This document shows, piece after piece, positions 1 through 8,721 of a stretch of 32,000 nt of DNA (positions within the stretch are counted from its first letter, which is position 1; each line of letters starts with the position of its first letter). The notes below the pieces were generated by a model. That model was not told the origin of the DNA and did no database searches. It saw nothing but the letters and a program-made list of their open reading frames with translations. The DNA comes from Trichlorobacter lovleyi SZ (GTDB taxonomy: Bacteria > Desulfobacterota > Desulfuromonadia > Geobacterales > Pseudopelobacteraceae). The DNA is taken from assembly GCF_000020385.1 (NCBI RefSeq), contig NC_010814.1, positions 840,001 to 872,000 of the forward strand, given 5' to 3'. The translations under genes were made by a program, and so were the position numbers.

Positions 1-486
1 TTTCCATGTCCTGAGTGTAGTGTTTTGATAAAAATCCGCTGCACGTGAGACGTACTGATTATTTGATGGAGTCGATGGTTCAAAAAAATCACATCGGGGC
101 AGTTATAACCTCTGTAACTGCCGCCCTTGCCACATTTTCCTTCCTTTTGTTGTGTGGTGACCTCATTACATGACTTTGCGTTTGTCGCCGGGAAACTAGT
201 GGCGATTCAACGGTTACTTCAAATCCTGATCCAGCCTGGAAGTTTGAGGCTGATGATATTGTGCTCATAATGGGTAAGTCTGATCAGCTGGTCTTTGCTG
301 CTCATCTGTTTGAAGGGTAGGGAAGGAGATGTCGTGCTTCGCAAGGCAGAGGAAAGCTGCTGTTGAAAACTGGAGGCAACCTCTATATACTGCATCCATA
401 CATCTGACATTGAAGAGTACCAAACCTTGATTTTACTTTCAGCTCCCAACGTAATCTGTAATCAAAAAGCCCTCCCTCTGTATCCG

Positions 487-569
487 GTTTCTAGCTTTAA
501 TACTATACGTATACCTGTTGAAAGCGTAAAGTGCTGATATTATGGAGCCGATAGTTTCTAGCTTTAATA
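487..569. repeat. Two perfect 16-bp direct repeats GTTTCTAGCTTTAATA (487-502 and 554-569) flanking a 10-bp palindrome TATACGTATA (504-513)
   Basis: Read directly from the sequence. The repeats lie just upstream of, and overlap, the first candidate start of the L,D-transpeptidase ORF, in a lower-GC stretch. Confidence 0.6.
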
Positions 570-1429
570 AAAAGTCACAGATGCGTGTAAGCCACCGGCT
601 GGTGCTGGTGGCTTTTTTTACCGTCCTGATAACAGGTGGCTGGCTCATCTGGGAGATTGATACAGTTGATCATCCTGCCGCATCTCCAATTGACAAGGCT
701 CAGGAGGATTTGTCCAGGATCGAGTATCCCAGCCAGAAAGGGATGCGTTGGCATCCCCGTTTTATCCGTCCCCATGAGACCCTTGAATCGCTCTACGGTA
801 AGGATTGGATCTGGGTGGCCCGCTTTAACCGGGTTGACCGGCGGCATGTCTATCCCGGCATGACCATCAAAGAGCCGGAGCGGATGGAAGATATTCGGGG
901 TTATACGCCGTTGCCAAAAGAGCTTCCCGAGGCAAAGGCCCATCGTAAATACATCCTGCTGGATCTCACGGAACAGTGGATCGGCGCCTATGAACGTGGT
1001 GTGCTGAAGTTTTCCATGCCTGCAGCCACTGGAAAGGCCGGCACGGAAACCCCGGTTGGTACCTTCAGGATCAGTGCCCGCCATCAGACCCACACCTCTT
1101 CGCTGTATAAGATCAACGGTGAAGAAGGGGATCAGTATCCGATGGACTATGCCCTGCGTTTCCATATTGATGAAAAAAATGTCGGCTACTATATCCATGC
1201 CCGTGACCTGCCGGGTAGGCCGGCTTCCCATGGTTGCGTCGGCCTGTATGATGAAGAGATGCAGGAACGCACCTTTGGTACGCCGGAAGAGCCGGTTCTG
1301 GTGGATTCCCGCAAGATGTATGAATGGGCGGCACCAGATAGTGAATACGGCGATGATTACGGCGATTTTGAAGAGATCGATAATGGTCCGACCCTTGAGG
1401 TGCGGGGTAGCCTGCCGGTATACCGCTAA
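542..1429 (+). CDS. L,D-transpeptidase (YkuD fold) with N-terminal membrane anchor and LysM-like segment
   Basis: 295-aa ORF. The C-terminal YYIHARDLPGRPASHGCVGL carries the His...SHGC catalytic signature of YkuD-type L,D-transpeptidases. A hydrophobic helix VLVAFFTVLITGGWLIW lies near the N-terminus, and HETLESLYGKDWIWVARFNRVDRRHVYPGMTIKEP resembles a LysM repeat. The start is uncertain (ATG 542 or ATG 581; no clear SD at either). Confidence 0.8.
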   Translation: MEPIVSSFNKKSQMRVSHRLVLVAFFTVLITGGWLIWEIDTVDHPAASPIDKAQEDLSRIEYPSQKGMRWHPRFIRPHETLESLYGKDWIWVARFNRVDRRHVYPGMTIKEPERMEDIRGYTPLPKELPEAKAHRKYILLDLTEQWIGAYERGVLKFSMPAATGKAGTETPVGTFRISARHQTHTSSLYKINGEEGDQYPMDYALRFHIDEKNVGYYIHARDLPGRPASHGCVGLYDEEMQERTFGTPEEPVLVDSRKMYEWAAPDSEYGDDYGDFEEIDNGPTLEVRGSLPVYR

Positions 1430-1432
1430 GTT

Positions 1433-1575
1433 GAGCCTCTTTCAAAACTACTGCGAGGCCGTCTACTACGTTGCGCGGTGCTCGCTCCTTCGCCTAACGA
1501 TTTTTGTTGTGTCTCGGTTGCTGCGCGCCGTGCGCCGTGTATCCGGCTTTCCTCATGACGTTTTGAAAGAGGCTC
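1433..1575. repeat. Perfect 16-bp inverted repeat (GAGCCTCTTTCAAAAC 1433-1448 / GTTTTGAAAGAGGCTC 1560-1575) enclosing a 111-nt GC-rich spacer
   Basis: Read directly. It starts 4 nt after the transpeptidase stop, and a T-rich run (1590-1600) follows the right arm. The spacer contains short GCGC-rich direct repeats (GCGCGCCGTGCGCCGT). Confidence 0.6.
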
Positions 1576-1658
1576 GGTTGTTGGTGTTTTTTCTTTTCCT
1601 TACGGTTGTACTGGGCTAGTATGACACGTTATTTTATTTCAATTCGAGGCACCTATCT

Positions 1659-2918
1659 GTGGATAAACTGATTATTAACGGCGGCAGGAAGCTGAAGGGC
1701 GAGGTCACGGTCAGCGGCTCCAAGAACGCCTCCCTGCCGATCTGTATTGCGGCTGTCCTGGCTCCCGGAGCCAGCACCATCACCAATGTCCCCCGTCTGC
1801 GCGACATTACTACCACGGCAAAACTGCTGGAATCTCTTGGCGCAACCATTGAACGTCACGAAAATACCATGCGGATTGATGCCGGTACCATTAACACCGT
1901 TGAAGCCACCTATGACCTGGTCAAGACCATGCGGGCTTCGGTGCTGGTGCTGGGGCCGCTGTTGGCCCGCTTTGGCCGCTCACGGGTCTCACTGCCCGGC
2001 GGCTGTGCCATCGGTGCACGTCCCATTGATCAGCATCTGAAGGGTTTGAAGGCGCTGGGGGCCGAGATCAGGCTTGAGCATGGCTATGTTGAGGCGATCG
2101 CCAAGAAGGGGCTGAAAGGTGCCCGGATCAACTTTGATGTCTCCACCGTTGGGGGGACTGAACACCTGATGATGGCGGCTGCCATTGCCAAAGGTGAAAG
2201 TATTCTGGAAAACGCTGCCCGTGAGCCTGAGATCGCTGACCTGGCTGACTACCTGAACCGGATGGGGGCCAAGGTTGAAGGGGCAGGTACTGACACGATT
2301 CGTATTCAGGGGGTCTCTGAGTTGACCCCGGCTGCCTATGAGGTGATGCCGGATCGGATTGAGGCCGGTACCTTCATGTGCGCTGCTGCCATTACCGGCG
2401 GTGATATCAAGATCAACGGCATGAAGCTGGAACATCTGGATGCCCTGACCTTCAAGCTGATGGATGCCGGGGTGGAGATCACCAACCGCAACGGCGTTGT
2501 CAGGGTTAAAGGCCCCAAACGGCCCCAGGCGGTCAACATCAAGACCCGTCCCTATCCCGGTTTTGCCACTGACATGCAGGCCCAGTTCATGGCACTGATG
2601 TGTGTGGCTGAAGGTGCCAGCGTGATCTCGGAAAACATCTTTGAAAACCGCTTCATGCACGTCTCCGAGCTGCTCCGTTTTGGTGCCGATATCACGGTGG
2701 AGGGCAACTCAGCCACGGTCAAAGGGGTCAAAAAACTGTCCGGCGCGCCGGTCATGGCAACTGACCTGCGGGCCTCAGCCTGTCTGGTGCTGGCTGGTCT
2801 GGCAGCAGAAGGGACTACCGAGATCCAGCGCATTTATCACCTGGATCGCGGCTATGAGCAGATCGAAACCAAGCTTGCCGGTCTGGGGGCTGATATCCAG
2901 CGGGTGTCTGAGCCATGA
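1659..2918 (+). CDS. murA: UDP-N-acetylglucosamine 1-carboxyvinyltransferase
   Basis: 419-aa ORF with a GTG start. The N-terminus [27 protein letters not shown] and the active-site loop [19 protein letters not shown] (catalytic Cys) are typical of MurA. Its stop overlaps the hisG ATG (ATGA at 2915-2918). Confidence 0.95.
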   Translation: MDKLIINGGRKLKGEVTVSGSKNASLPICIAAVLAPGASTITNVPRLRDITTTAKLLESLGATIERHENTMRIDAGTINTVEATYDLVKTMRASVLVLGPLLARFGRSRVSLPGGCAIGARPIDQHLKGLKALGAEIRLEHGYVEAIAKKGLKGARINFDVSTVGGTEHLMMAAAIAKGESILENAAREPEIADLADYLNRMGAKVEGAGTDTIRIQGVSELTPAAYEVMPDRIEAGTFMCAAAITGGDIKINGMKLEHLDALTFKLMDAGVEITNRNGVVRVKGPKRPQAVNIKTRPYPGFATDMQAQFMALMCVAEGASVISENIFENRFMHVSELLRFGADITVEGNSATVKGVKKLSGAPVMATDLRASACLVLAGLAAEGTTEIQRIYHLDRGYEQIETKLAGLGADIQRVSEP

Positions 2919-3556
2919 ACAATCAACTGACCATTGCCATCCCCAAGGGCCGTATCCTGACCGAGTCGATTGAGCTGTTTGCCAAGATCGGCATCCATCT
3001 GGAGAGTATGCTGGAAGACTCCCGCAAGCTGATCTTTGAGTATCCTGAACAGAACCTGCGGGCCCTGATCGTACGGGCCACCGATGTACCGACCTATGTG
3101 GAGTATGGCTGCGCCGACCTGGGGATTGTGGGCAAGGATACCCTGCTGGAGCAGGACAAGGACCTCTACGAACCGCTGGATCTCAAGTTTGGCTACTGCC
3201 GGATGATGGTGGCTGAGCCGGTTAATCTGGCTAAAAGCGATGATCCCGGCCGCTGGTCCCATATCCGGGTGGCCACCAAATATCCCCATGTGGCAGAGAA
3301 GTATTTTGCCTCCAAGGGGGTGCAGGCCGAGATCATCAAACTGTACGGTTCCATTGAACTGGGGCCGCTGGTGGGACTGTCCGAACGGATTGTGGACCTG
3401 GTCTCCACCGGAGAGACCCTGCGTCAGAACGGGCTGGTGGAGGTTGAAACCATTGCCGAGATCACCACCCGCCTGGTGGTGAACCGGGCCTCGCTCAAGA
3501 CCAAGCATCAGCGGATTCGCGGCATTATTGACGGGCTGGAAAAGATCATCAGCTAA
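2915..3556 (+). CDS. hisG: ATP phosphoribosyltransferase, short (HisZ-dependent) form
   Basis: 213-aa ORF starting [18 protein letters not shown] and containing [19 protein letters not shown] and [13 protein letters not shown], matching short-form HisG. The length is that of the short form, which lacks the C-terminal regulatory domain. Confidence 0.95.
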   Translation: MNNQLTIAIPKGRILTESIELFAKIGIHLESMLEDSRKLIFEYPEQNLRALIVRATDVPTYVEYGCADLGIVGKDTLLEQDKDLYEPLDLKFGYCRMMVAEPVNLAKSDDPGRWSHIRVATKYPHVAEKYFASKGVQAEIIKLYGSIELGPLVGLSERIVDLVSTGETLRQNGLVEVETIAEITTRLVVNRASLKTKHQRIRGIIDGLEKIIS

Positions 3557-3575
3557 CAGGTCGGATGGAGTTCGT

Positions 3576-3749
3576 ATGGCAACCTCTGCCTTAATGGAGC
3601 AAACCCGGAAGGAACAGCGCCAGGAGATGTCCAGGAAAACTCCGGGTGAACGTCTGTTGATTGCCCTTGAGCTGTCTGATGTTTGTCTATTGCTGAGTAG
3701 TTCTGCACGAGCAGCTCTGGAGAAAGATCGTGCTGCTGCAAAAGCTTGA
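3576..3749 (+). CDS. Small hypothetical protein (57 aa), possible partner/antitoxin-like gene of the downstream nucleotidyltransferase
   Basis: ATG at 3576 is preceded by GGAG (3567-3570). The ORF overlaps the next ORF by 20 nt and lies in the hisG-hisD gap. No recognisable domain. The 3528 TTG start in the ORF track lies inside hisG and is unlikely. Confidence 0.4.
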   Translation: MATSALMEQTRKEQRQEMSRKTPGERLLIALELSDVCLLLSSSARAALEKDRAAAKA

Positions 3750-4239
3750 TACTGTTATTGAACTGCTGACTGATCTGCGTGCTGCCGGTTGTATCAGCGG
3801 CTTTACGTTGATCGGGGGGCTGGCGGTTTCAACCTGGAGTACTCCGCGAGCAACGCGAGATATTGATCTGCTTGTTCTTGTGGATACCGATAAACTTCAG
3901 CAGATCGTAACAGCTTTCTGTGATGCCGGTTTGCATGCTGAACTGCGACGTGGTGATTATAACGATCCGGTTCCCTATCTTATCCGTGCCGATGCTGTTG
4001 ATATACTGGTTGCCACCAGGGCATATGAAGCAGAGGCAATACGGCAGAGCATCAATGTGGCGGCGGTTGCGGGAAAAACGGTGCCTGTGGCTTCGCCAGA
4101 ATTTTTGATTGTTCTCAAACTTAAGGCCGGAGGTCCCCAGGATCTGCTTGATGTACAGGAACTGCTTGCCTCAGGACTGGTGAACCGGGAACTGCTTGCA
4201 GAGCTGACGGCTCGTTACAAGGTCCAGCTGACAACATAA
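3730..4239 (+). CDS. Minimal Pol-beta-superfamily nucleotidyltransferase-fold protein (AbiEii/MNT-like)
   Basis: 169-aa ORF with a GTG start. IGGLAVSTWSTPRATRDIDLLV fits the hG[GS]-x9-13-Dh[DE]h nucleotidyltransferase signature, and a further acidic motif AVDILV lies downstream. Its stop is 1 nt before the hisD ATG. Confidence 0.6.
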   Translation: MLLQKLDTVIELLTDLRAAGCISGFTLIGGLAVSTWSTPRATRDIDLLVLVDTDKLQQIVTAFCDAGLHAELRRGDYNDPVPYLIRADAVDILVATRAYEAEAIRQSINVAAVAGKTVPVASPEFLIVLKLKAGGPQDLLDVQELLASGLVNRELLAELTARYKVQLTT

Positions 4240-4240
4240 G

Positions 4241-5557
4241 ATGACAGGAGTAAGCACCGTGCTGTTTCTTGATATCAATGAGACTGATTTTGATACCCGT
4301 TTTGCTGCCATCCTGACCCGTGGGGAGGAGACCTCGCTGCAGGTGACCGAGGTGGTGCGGGGGATTATCAAGGATATCCGCAGCAGTGGCGATGATGCCC
4401 TGCTGGAGTATACCAATCGTTTTGACCGGCTGGGGCTGGCCGATGCTGCTGGTCTGGAAATAACCGCTGCCGAGATCGAGGCTGCGGTTGCTGCTGTTCC
4501 TGCTGATGATCTGGCTGCCCTGCAACTGGCGGTTGAGCGGGTGGCCCGTTTCCATGAAAAGCAGAAGCAACAGACCTGGCTATCAACCGAAGAAAGTGAC
4601 ATCCTGCTGGGCCAGAAGGTGACACCGCTGAACCGGGTCGGCATCTATGTGCCGGGCGGCAAGGCCAGTTATCCCAGCAGCGTGATCATGAACGCCGTGC
4701 CGGCCAAGGTGGCCGGGGTGCGGGAGATCATCATGGTCTGCCCTACGCCGGGTAATGAGATCAATCCGGCGGTGCTGGCTGCAGCAAAACTTGCCGGTGT
4801 GGACCGGATCTTCAGGGTCGGTGGAGCCCAGGCAGTGGCTGCCCTGGCCTATGGTACCGCCAGCATCCCCAAGGTGGATAAGATCACCGGACCGGGCAAT
4901 ATCTATGTGGCAACTGCCAAGCAGCTGGTCTTTGGTCAGGTGGGGATTGATATGATCGCCGGTCCCAGCGAGATCCTGGTGATCAATGACGGCACCGGCA
5001 ATCCGGCCCATATTGCAGCAGACCTGCTGTCACAGGCTGAGCATGATGAGCTGGCCTCCTCGATCCTGATCACCACTGACCGTGGTTTTGGCGAAAAGGT
5101 CGCAGCCGAGGTGGAACGTCAGCTGGCGCTGCTCTCCCGCGAATCCATTGCGCGGGCATCCTGGGACAAATTCGGTGCGGTGATTGTGGCAGGCTCGCTT
5201 GCAGAGGCTGCAGCATTCTCTAACCGGATTGCGCCGGAGCACCTCGAGCTGGCGGTGGCTGACCCGTTCGGCCTGCTGCCGCTGATTGACAATGCCGGGG
5301 CGATCTTTATGGGACACTGGACCCCTGAGGCAGCCGGAGATTATCTGGCAGGCCCCAACCACACCCTGCCCACCGGCGGCACTGCCCGCTTCTTCTCACC
5401 GCTGTCGGTGGATGACTTTGTCAAGAAATCCTCCATTATCAGCTTCTCTGAGCAGGGGTTGAAGCGGCTGGGGGACCGGATCGTGCAGATTGCTGGGCTG
5501 GAAGGGCTTGAGGCCCATGCGAGGTCGGTGAGTCTAAGGTTGGAGGAGAGCAAATGA
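4241..5557 (+). CDS. hisD: Histidinol dehydrogenase
   Basis: 438-aa ORF with [43 protein letters not shown] and [19 protein letters not shown], all typical HisD segments. ATGA overlap with hisC at 5554-5557. Confidence 0.95.
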   Translation: MTGVSTVLFLDINETDFDTRFAAILTRGEETSLQVTEVVRGIIKDIRSSGDDALLEYTNRFDRLGLADAAGLEITAAEIEAAVAAVPADDLAALQLAVERVARFHEKQKQQTWLSTEESDILLGQKVTPLNRVGIYVPGGKASYPSSVIMNAVPAKVAGVREIIMVCPTPGNEINPAVLAAAKLAGVDRIFRVGGAQAVAALAYGTASIPKVDKITGPGNIYVATAKQLVFGQVGIDMIAGPSEILVINDGTGNPAHIAADLLSQAEHDELASSILITTDRGFGEKVAAEVERQLALLSRESIARASWDKFGAVIVAGSLAEAAAFSNRIAPEHLELAVADPFGLLPLIDNAGAIFMGHWTPEAAGDYLAGPNHTLPTGGTARFFSPLSVDDFVKKSSIISFSEQGLKRLGDRIVQIAGLEGLEAHARSVSLRLEESK

Positions 5558-6606
5558 ATCCACTACGCCCCTCCATCGCCAATATGGCCGGTTATGTACC
5601 CGGCTTTCAGCCACCGGACATCGCTTCCTGGATCAAGCTGAACACCAATGAGAATCCCTATCCGCCGTCGCCCAAGGTCAAAGAGGCGATTCTGGCTGAG
5701 CTGGGTGATGACGCTGCTTTACTGCGGACTTACCCCAGCGCCTCCAGCGAGAAGCTGCGTGAAGCAGCAGCTGCACTGTACGGTTTTGACCCTTCCTGGA
5801 TCATTATGGCCAATGGCTCTGATGAGGTGCTGAATAATCTGATCCGGGCCTGTGCCGGTGAAGGAGAGGAGATCGCCTATGTGCATCCTTCCTACTCCTA
5901 CTACGCCACCCTGGCCGAGATTCAGGGGGCCAAGGTACGCACCTTCGGCCTGACTGATGACTTCAGGATTGCTGATTTTCCTGAGCGCTACAGCGGCAGG
6001 CTGTTTTTTCTGACCACCCCCAACTCGCCGCTGGGGTTTGCTTTTCCGCTTTCCTATGTGGAGGAACTGGCAACCCGCTGCGATGGCCTGCTGGTGGTGG
6101 ACGAGGCCTATGCCGACTTTAATGACTGCAATGCACTTGATCTGGTCAGGCGCTATCCCAATGTAGTGATTACCCGCACCCTGTCAAAGAGTTATGCCCT
6201 GGCCGGCATGCGGCTTGGTCTGGCCATCGCCCGGCCTGAGATTGTTGCTGCCCTGGACAAGATTCGTGATCACTATAACCTGGATCGCCTGGCCCAGGCC
6301 GCCTGTGTAGCGGCCCTTCAGGATCAGGATTATTTCAAAAAGCGGCGGGATCAGGTGGTGGCGACCCGGAAGTTTTTTGTAACAGAGTTGCAATCTTTGG
6401 GATATACGGTATTAGAATCTGCCGGTAACTTTGTTTTCGCATCACCACCGGACCGGAATGGACGGCGCGTCTATGATGGTCTGTATGCCCGTAAAATCCT
6501 GGTGCGTCATTTCAGTGATCCGTTACTGGCGCACGGGCTGCGGATTTCAATCGGCACCCGCGAAGAGATGGAGCAGACCCTGGGCGCGCTCAGGGAGATC
6601 GGTTAA
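5554..6606 (+). CDS. hisC: Histidinol-phosphate aminotransferase
   Basis: 350-aa ORF with [12 protein letters not shown] near the N-terminus and the PLP-lysine region [15 protein letters not shown]. Class II aminotransferase layout typical of HisC. Confidence 0.93.
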   Translation: MNPLRPSIANMAGYVPGFQPPDIASWIKLNTNENPYPPSPKVKEAILAELGDDAALLRTYPSASSEKLREAAAALYGFDPSWIIMANGSDEVLNNLIRACAGEGEEIAYVHPSYSYYATLAEIQGAKVRTFGLTDDFRIADFPERYSGRLFFLTTPNSPLGFAFPLSYVEELATRCDGLLVVDEAYADFNDCNALDLVRRYPNVVITRTLSKSYALAGMRLGLAIARPEIVAALDKIRDHYNLDRLAQAACVAALQDQDYFKKRRDQVVATRKFFVTELQSLGYTVLESAGNFVFASPPDRNGRRVYDGLYARKILVRHFSDPLLAHGLRISIGTREEMEQTLGALREIG

Positions 6607-6620
6607 CAAGGAGGAGTAGC

Positions 6621-7034
6621 ATGCAGCTTTCTGAGATGCACACCCGTTGTGGCCAATGTCATTTCAACTACTCACGGATTGATACCGAGGCCTGGGGACG
6701 TTTCAGCTCCCGCCGGATCATGTGCCCCATCTGTGGCTGGACTGTGTATGAGGAGCACCGTTGGGACGAGAGTGGTGAGTCTGTGCTGATGAAGAGAAAC
6801 GAGGCCCAGGGATTCGGAGCCTACCGTCTGATTCCGCCGGGTGGCTACACCGGTTACAATGCCTTTCACTCAGAGCCGCCTCCAGAGGTGCTCAATAATA
6901 TCAAGGAACTTTTGACTGAAAAAGGCTGGAAGGGCTACCTTTCGGTTTGGGACAGTAAAGAGAAAAAGGCGAAGCTGGTGACCGGGCACCCCCTGAACAA
7001 GTTTGATCTGGCAGGGGTCAATGGCAGCAAGTGA
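6621..7034 (+). CDS. Hypothetical Zn-ribbon protein embedded in the his operon
   Basis: 137-aa ORF preceded by a strong SD AAGGAGGAG (6608-6616). Two CxxC pairs (CGQC ... CPICG) suggest a zinc ribbon. It lies 14 nt after hisC, and its stop overlaps the hisB upstream region. Confidence 0.6.
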   Translation: MQLSEMHTRCGQCHFNYSRIDTEAWGRFSSRRIMCPICGWTVYEEHRWDESGESVLMKRNEAQGFGAYRLIPPGGYTGYNAFHSEPPPEVLNNIKELLTEKGWKGYLSVWDSKEKKAKLVTGHPLNKFDLAGVNGSK

Positions 7035-7042
7035 GGAACAGT

Positions 7043-7630
7043 ATGAAACGAACGGCAGAGATTGATCGCAGTACCTCGGAAACTAGGATTCATCTTAAGC
7101 TGACAATTGACGGTACCGGCCTGTCAGCGATCCGGACCACGGTTCCGTTTCTTGATCACATGTTGCATCTGTTTGCCCGGCATGGTCTGTTTGATCTGAC
7201 GGTTGAGGCTCAGGGGGATATTGATATCGATTTTCACCACACGGTTGAAGATATCGGGATTGTACTGGGCGAGGCGTTCCGGCAGGCCCTGGGAGATAAA
7301 AAGGGGATTGTCCGTTACGGCACGGCCCGGATTCCGATGGATGAAACGCTGGCTGATGTGACGGTGGATCTGTCAGGGCGTCCCTATCTGGTCTATAATG
7401 TGGACCTGCCCAAGGTCAAGGTGGGGGAGTTTGATGCAGAGCTGGCCCGTGAATTTTTTCAGGCCTTTGCCAATAACTGCGGCTGTAACCTGCACCTGAA
7501 CCTACTGTATGGGGAGAATGTTCACCATATTATTGAGGCCTGTTTTAAAGGGTTTGGCAGGTCTCTGGACAGTGCCACCCGTCAGGATGCACGTCTGCAC
7601 GGGGTCATGTCCACCAAGGGGGTTCTGTAG
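7043..7630 (+). CDS. hisB: Imidazoleglycerol-phosphate dehydratase (monofunctional, no histidinol-phosphatase domain)
   Basis: ATG at 7043 with GAGGAA 5 nt upstream. [40 protein letters not shown] and [17 protein letters not shown] are typical IGPD motifs. The 195-aa length corresponds to the IGPD domain only. Confidence 0.93.
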   Translation: MKRTAEIDRSTSETRIHLKLTIDGTGLSAIRTTVPFLDHMLHLFARHGLFDLTVEAQGDIDIDFHHTVEDIGIVLGEAFRQALGDKKGIVRYGTARIPMDETLADVTVDLSGRPYLVYNVDLPKVKVGEFDAELAREFFQAFANNCGCNLHLNLLYGENVHHIIEACFKGFGRSLDSATRQDARLHGVMSTKGVL

Positions 7631-7648
7631 TTTTTTAGCCGGATCCGT

Positions 7649-7695
7649 ACACACAAAGAGGGGCAGCCTGTTCAGGACTGCCCCTCTTTGTGTGT
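7649..7695. terminator. Bidirectional rho-independent terminator between hisB and cpoB
   Basis: Perfect 18-bp stem ACACACAAAGAGGGGCAG / CTGCCCCTCTTTGTGTGT with an 11-nt loop, lying between convergent genes. Confidence 0.8.
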
Positions 7696-7711
7696 CAAAC
7701 AGTTTTGAACT

Positions 7712-8527
7712 CTACTTCACTTCCTTCAATATCACCCTGGCCTTTTTGGCCTCATCACTCTTGGGATAATCGCCAATCAGCCGCTTTAACAGGTATTGAG
7801 TGCTCTTCAGGTCTTTTAGCGCCTTAAACGACAAGGCCTGCTTCAGCATGGCAGCCGGTGCCTTTTCTTTTTTGGGATACTGCTTGACCACTTCCTGGAA
7901 CTCAAGGATGGCCTGTTCGTAGTTCTTTTCACCATAATAGGTCTCGCCGATCCAGTAGCGGGCATTGGGTACCAGGTCATGGCCGGGGTTTTTTTCGATA
8001 AAGCTGGTCAGCTGGGTACGGGCGCTGGGCATGTCACCACCCTTAAAGGACTCAAGCCCTTTCAGGTACAAGGCATCGGCTGTTGCCTCTTTGCCGGGGG
8101 CGGAACCGTTTTGAGCAAACTCTTTCATCCGTTTGTTCAGCTCGTCCACGGCGACCTGCAACTTGACGATCCGGTCTTCAAGCGCCACGATCCGGCGGTC
8201 TGAATCTTCACGGTAGCGGGCCAGTTCTTCGACAGGCTTTTTGATGGCCAGCCCTTGGTCATCAAGTTTACCGGCCATCAGTTGGAGGTCTGTCTTAAGG
8301 CTGTCCAGGTTTGCCTGAAGGTCGGCATCCCCCTTGCGTAGTGCTGCAAAATCAGACTTGAAGGTCTTTTCTCCCTCCCTCGCCGTACCCAGATCTTTTT
8401 CAATGGTATAAATGCGATTCTTGGTTTCATCGACATCACGGCGTACCGCTTCAACAGAACCTGTTGAGGCACAGCCCCCTGTCAACGCCAGCATCAGACA
8501 GCCGGATAGAATCCAGACTAGTTTCAT
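7712..8527 (-). CDS. cpoB: Tol-Pal-associated CpoB/YbgF-like protein (coiled coil plus C-terminal TPR), lipoprotein-type signal
   Basis: Start taken at ATG 8527 (MKLVWILSGCLMLALTGGCAS, lipobox-like). The central region is heptad-rich. The C-terminal ARYWIGETYYGEKNYEQAILEFQEVVKQYPKKEKAPAAMLKQA...LIGDYPKSDEAKKA matches the YbgF TPR pattern. The longer 8635 start lacks support. Confidence 0.8.
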   Translation of the reverse strand: MKLVWILSGCLMLALTGGCASTGSVEAVRRDVDETKNRIYTIEKDLGTAREGEKTFKSDFAALRKGDADLQANLDSLKTDLQLMAGKLDDQGLAIKKPVEELARYREDSDRRIVALEDRIVKLQVAVDELNKRMKEFAQNGSAPGKEATADALYLKGLESFKGGDMPSARTQLTSFIEKNPGHDLVPNARYWIGETYYGEKNYEQAILEFQEVVKQYPKKEKAPAAMLKQALSFKALKDLKSTQYLLKRLIGDYPKSDEAKKARVILKEVK

Positions 8528-8628
8528 TAGGTGCCCCCTGTGGATGACTAACATTGTGTGATTGAACTTTATACCATGCAGCCTCTTGTGTTGACAAGCG
8601 TGCCGTTGGCCTGTTGTGTACTTTTCAA

Positions 8629-8657
8629 TTGACAAACAGGGCGGATTCTTTTAACTA
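8629..8657 (+). promoter_or_regulatory. Candidate sigma70-type promoter for hppA (TTGACA-N17-TAACTA)
   Basis: TTGACA at 8629-8634 and TAACTA at 8652-8657, about 65 nt upstream of the hppA ATG. A second TTGACA at 8591-8596 has no good -10 element. Confidence 0.3.
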
Positions 8658-8721
8658 TTTTTCGTTTGAGTTTTGGCAGGTTAACGTCGTTCGTGCGTTT
8701 ATTACATTCAGGAGGTTTGGT

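Noticed and set aside
219-648. Minus-strand ORFs of 76 aa (219-449) and 69 aa (439-648)
   Set aside because: They have no SD, no recognisable motif and odd composition, and one overlaps the ldt start region. This leaves open that the region is transcribed (see the finding on 1-581).
575-3508. Minus-strand ORFs 575-1231, 1989-2660 and 2852-3508
   Set aside because: They lie antisense to ldt, murA and hisG respectively. The sense-strand products have clear family signatures and the antisense ones have none.
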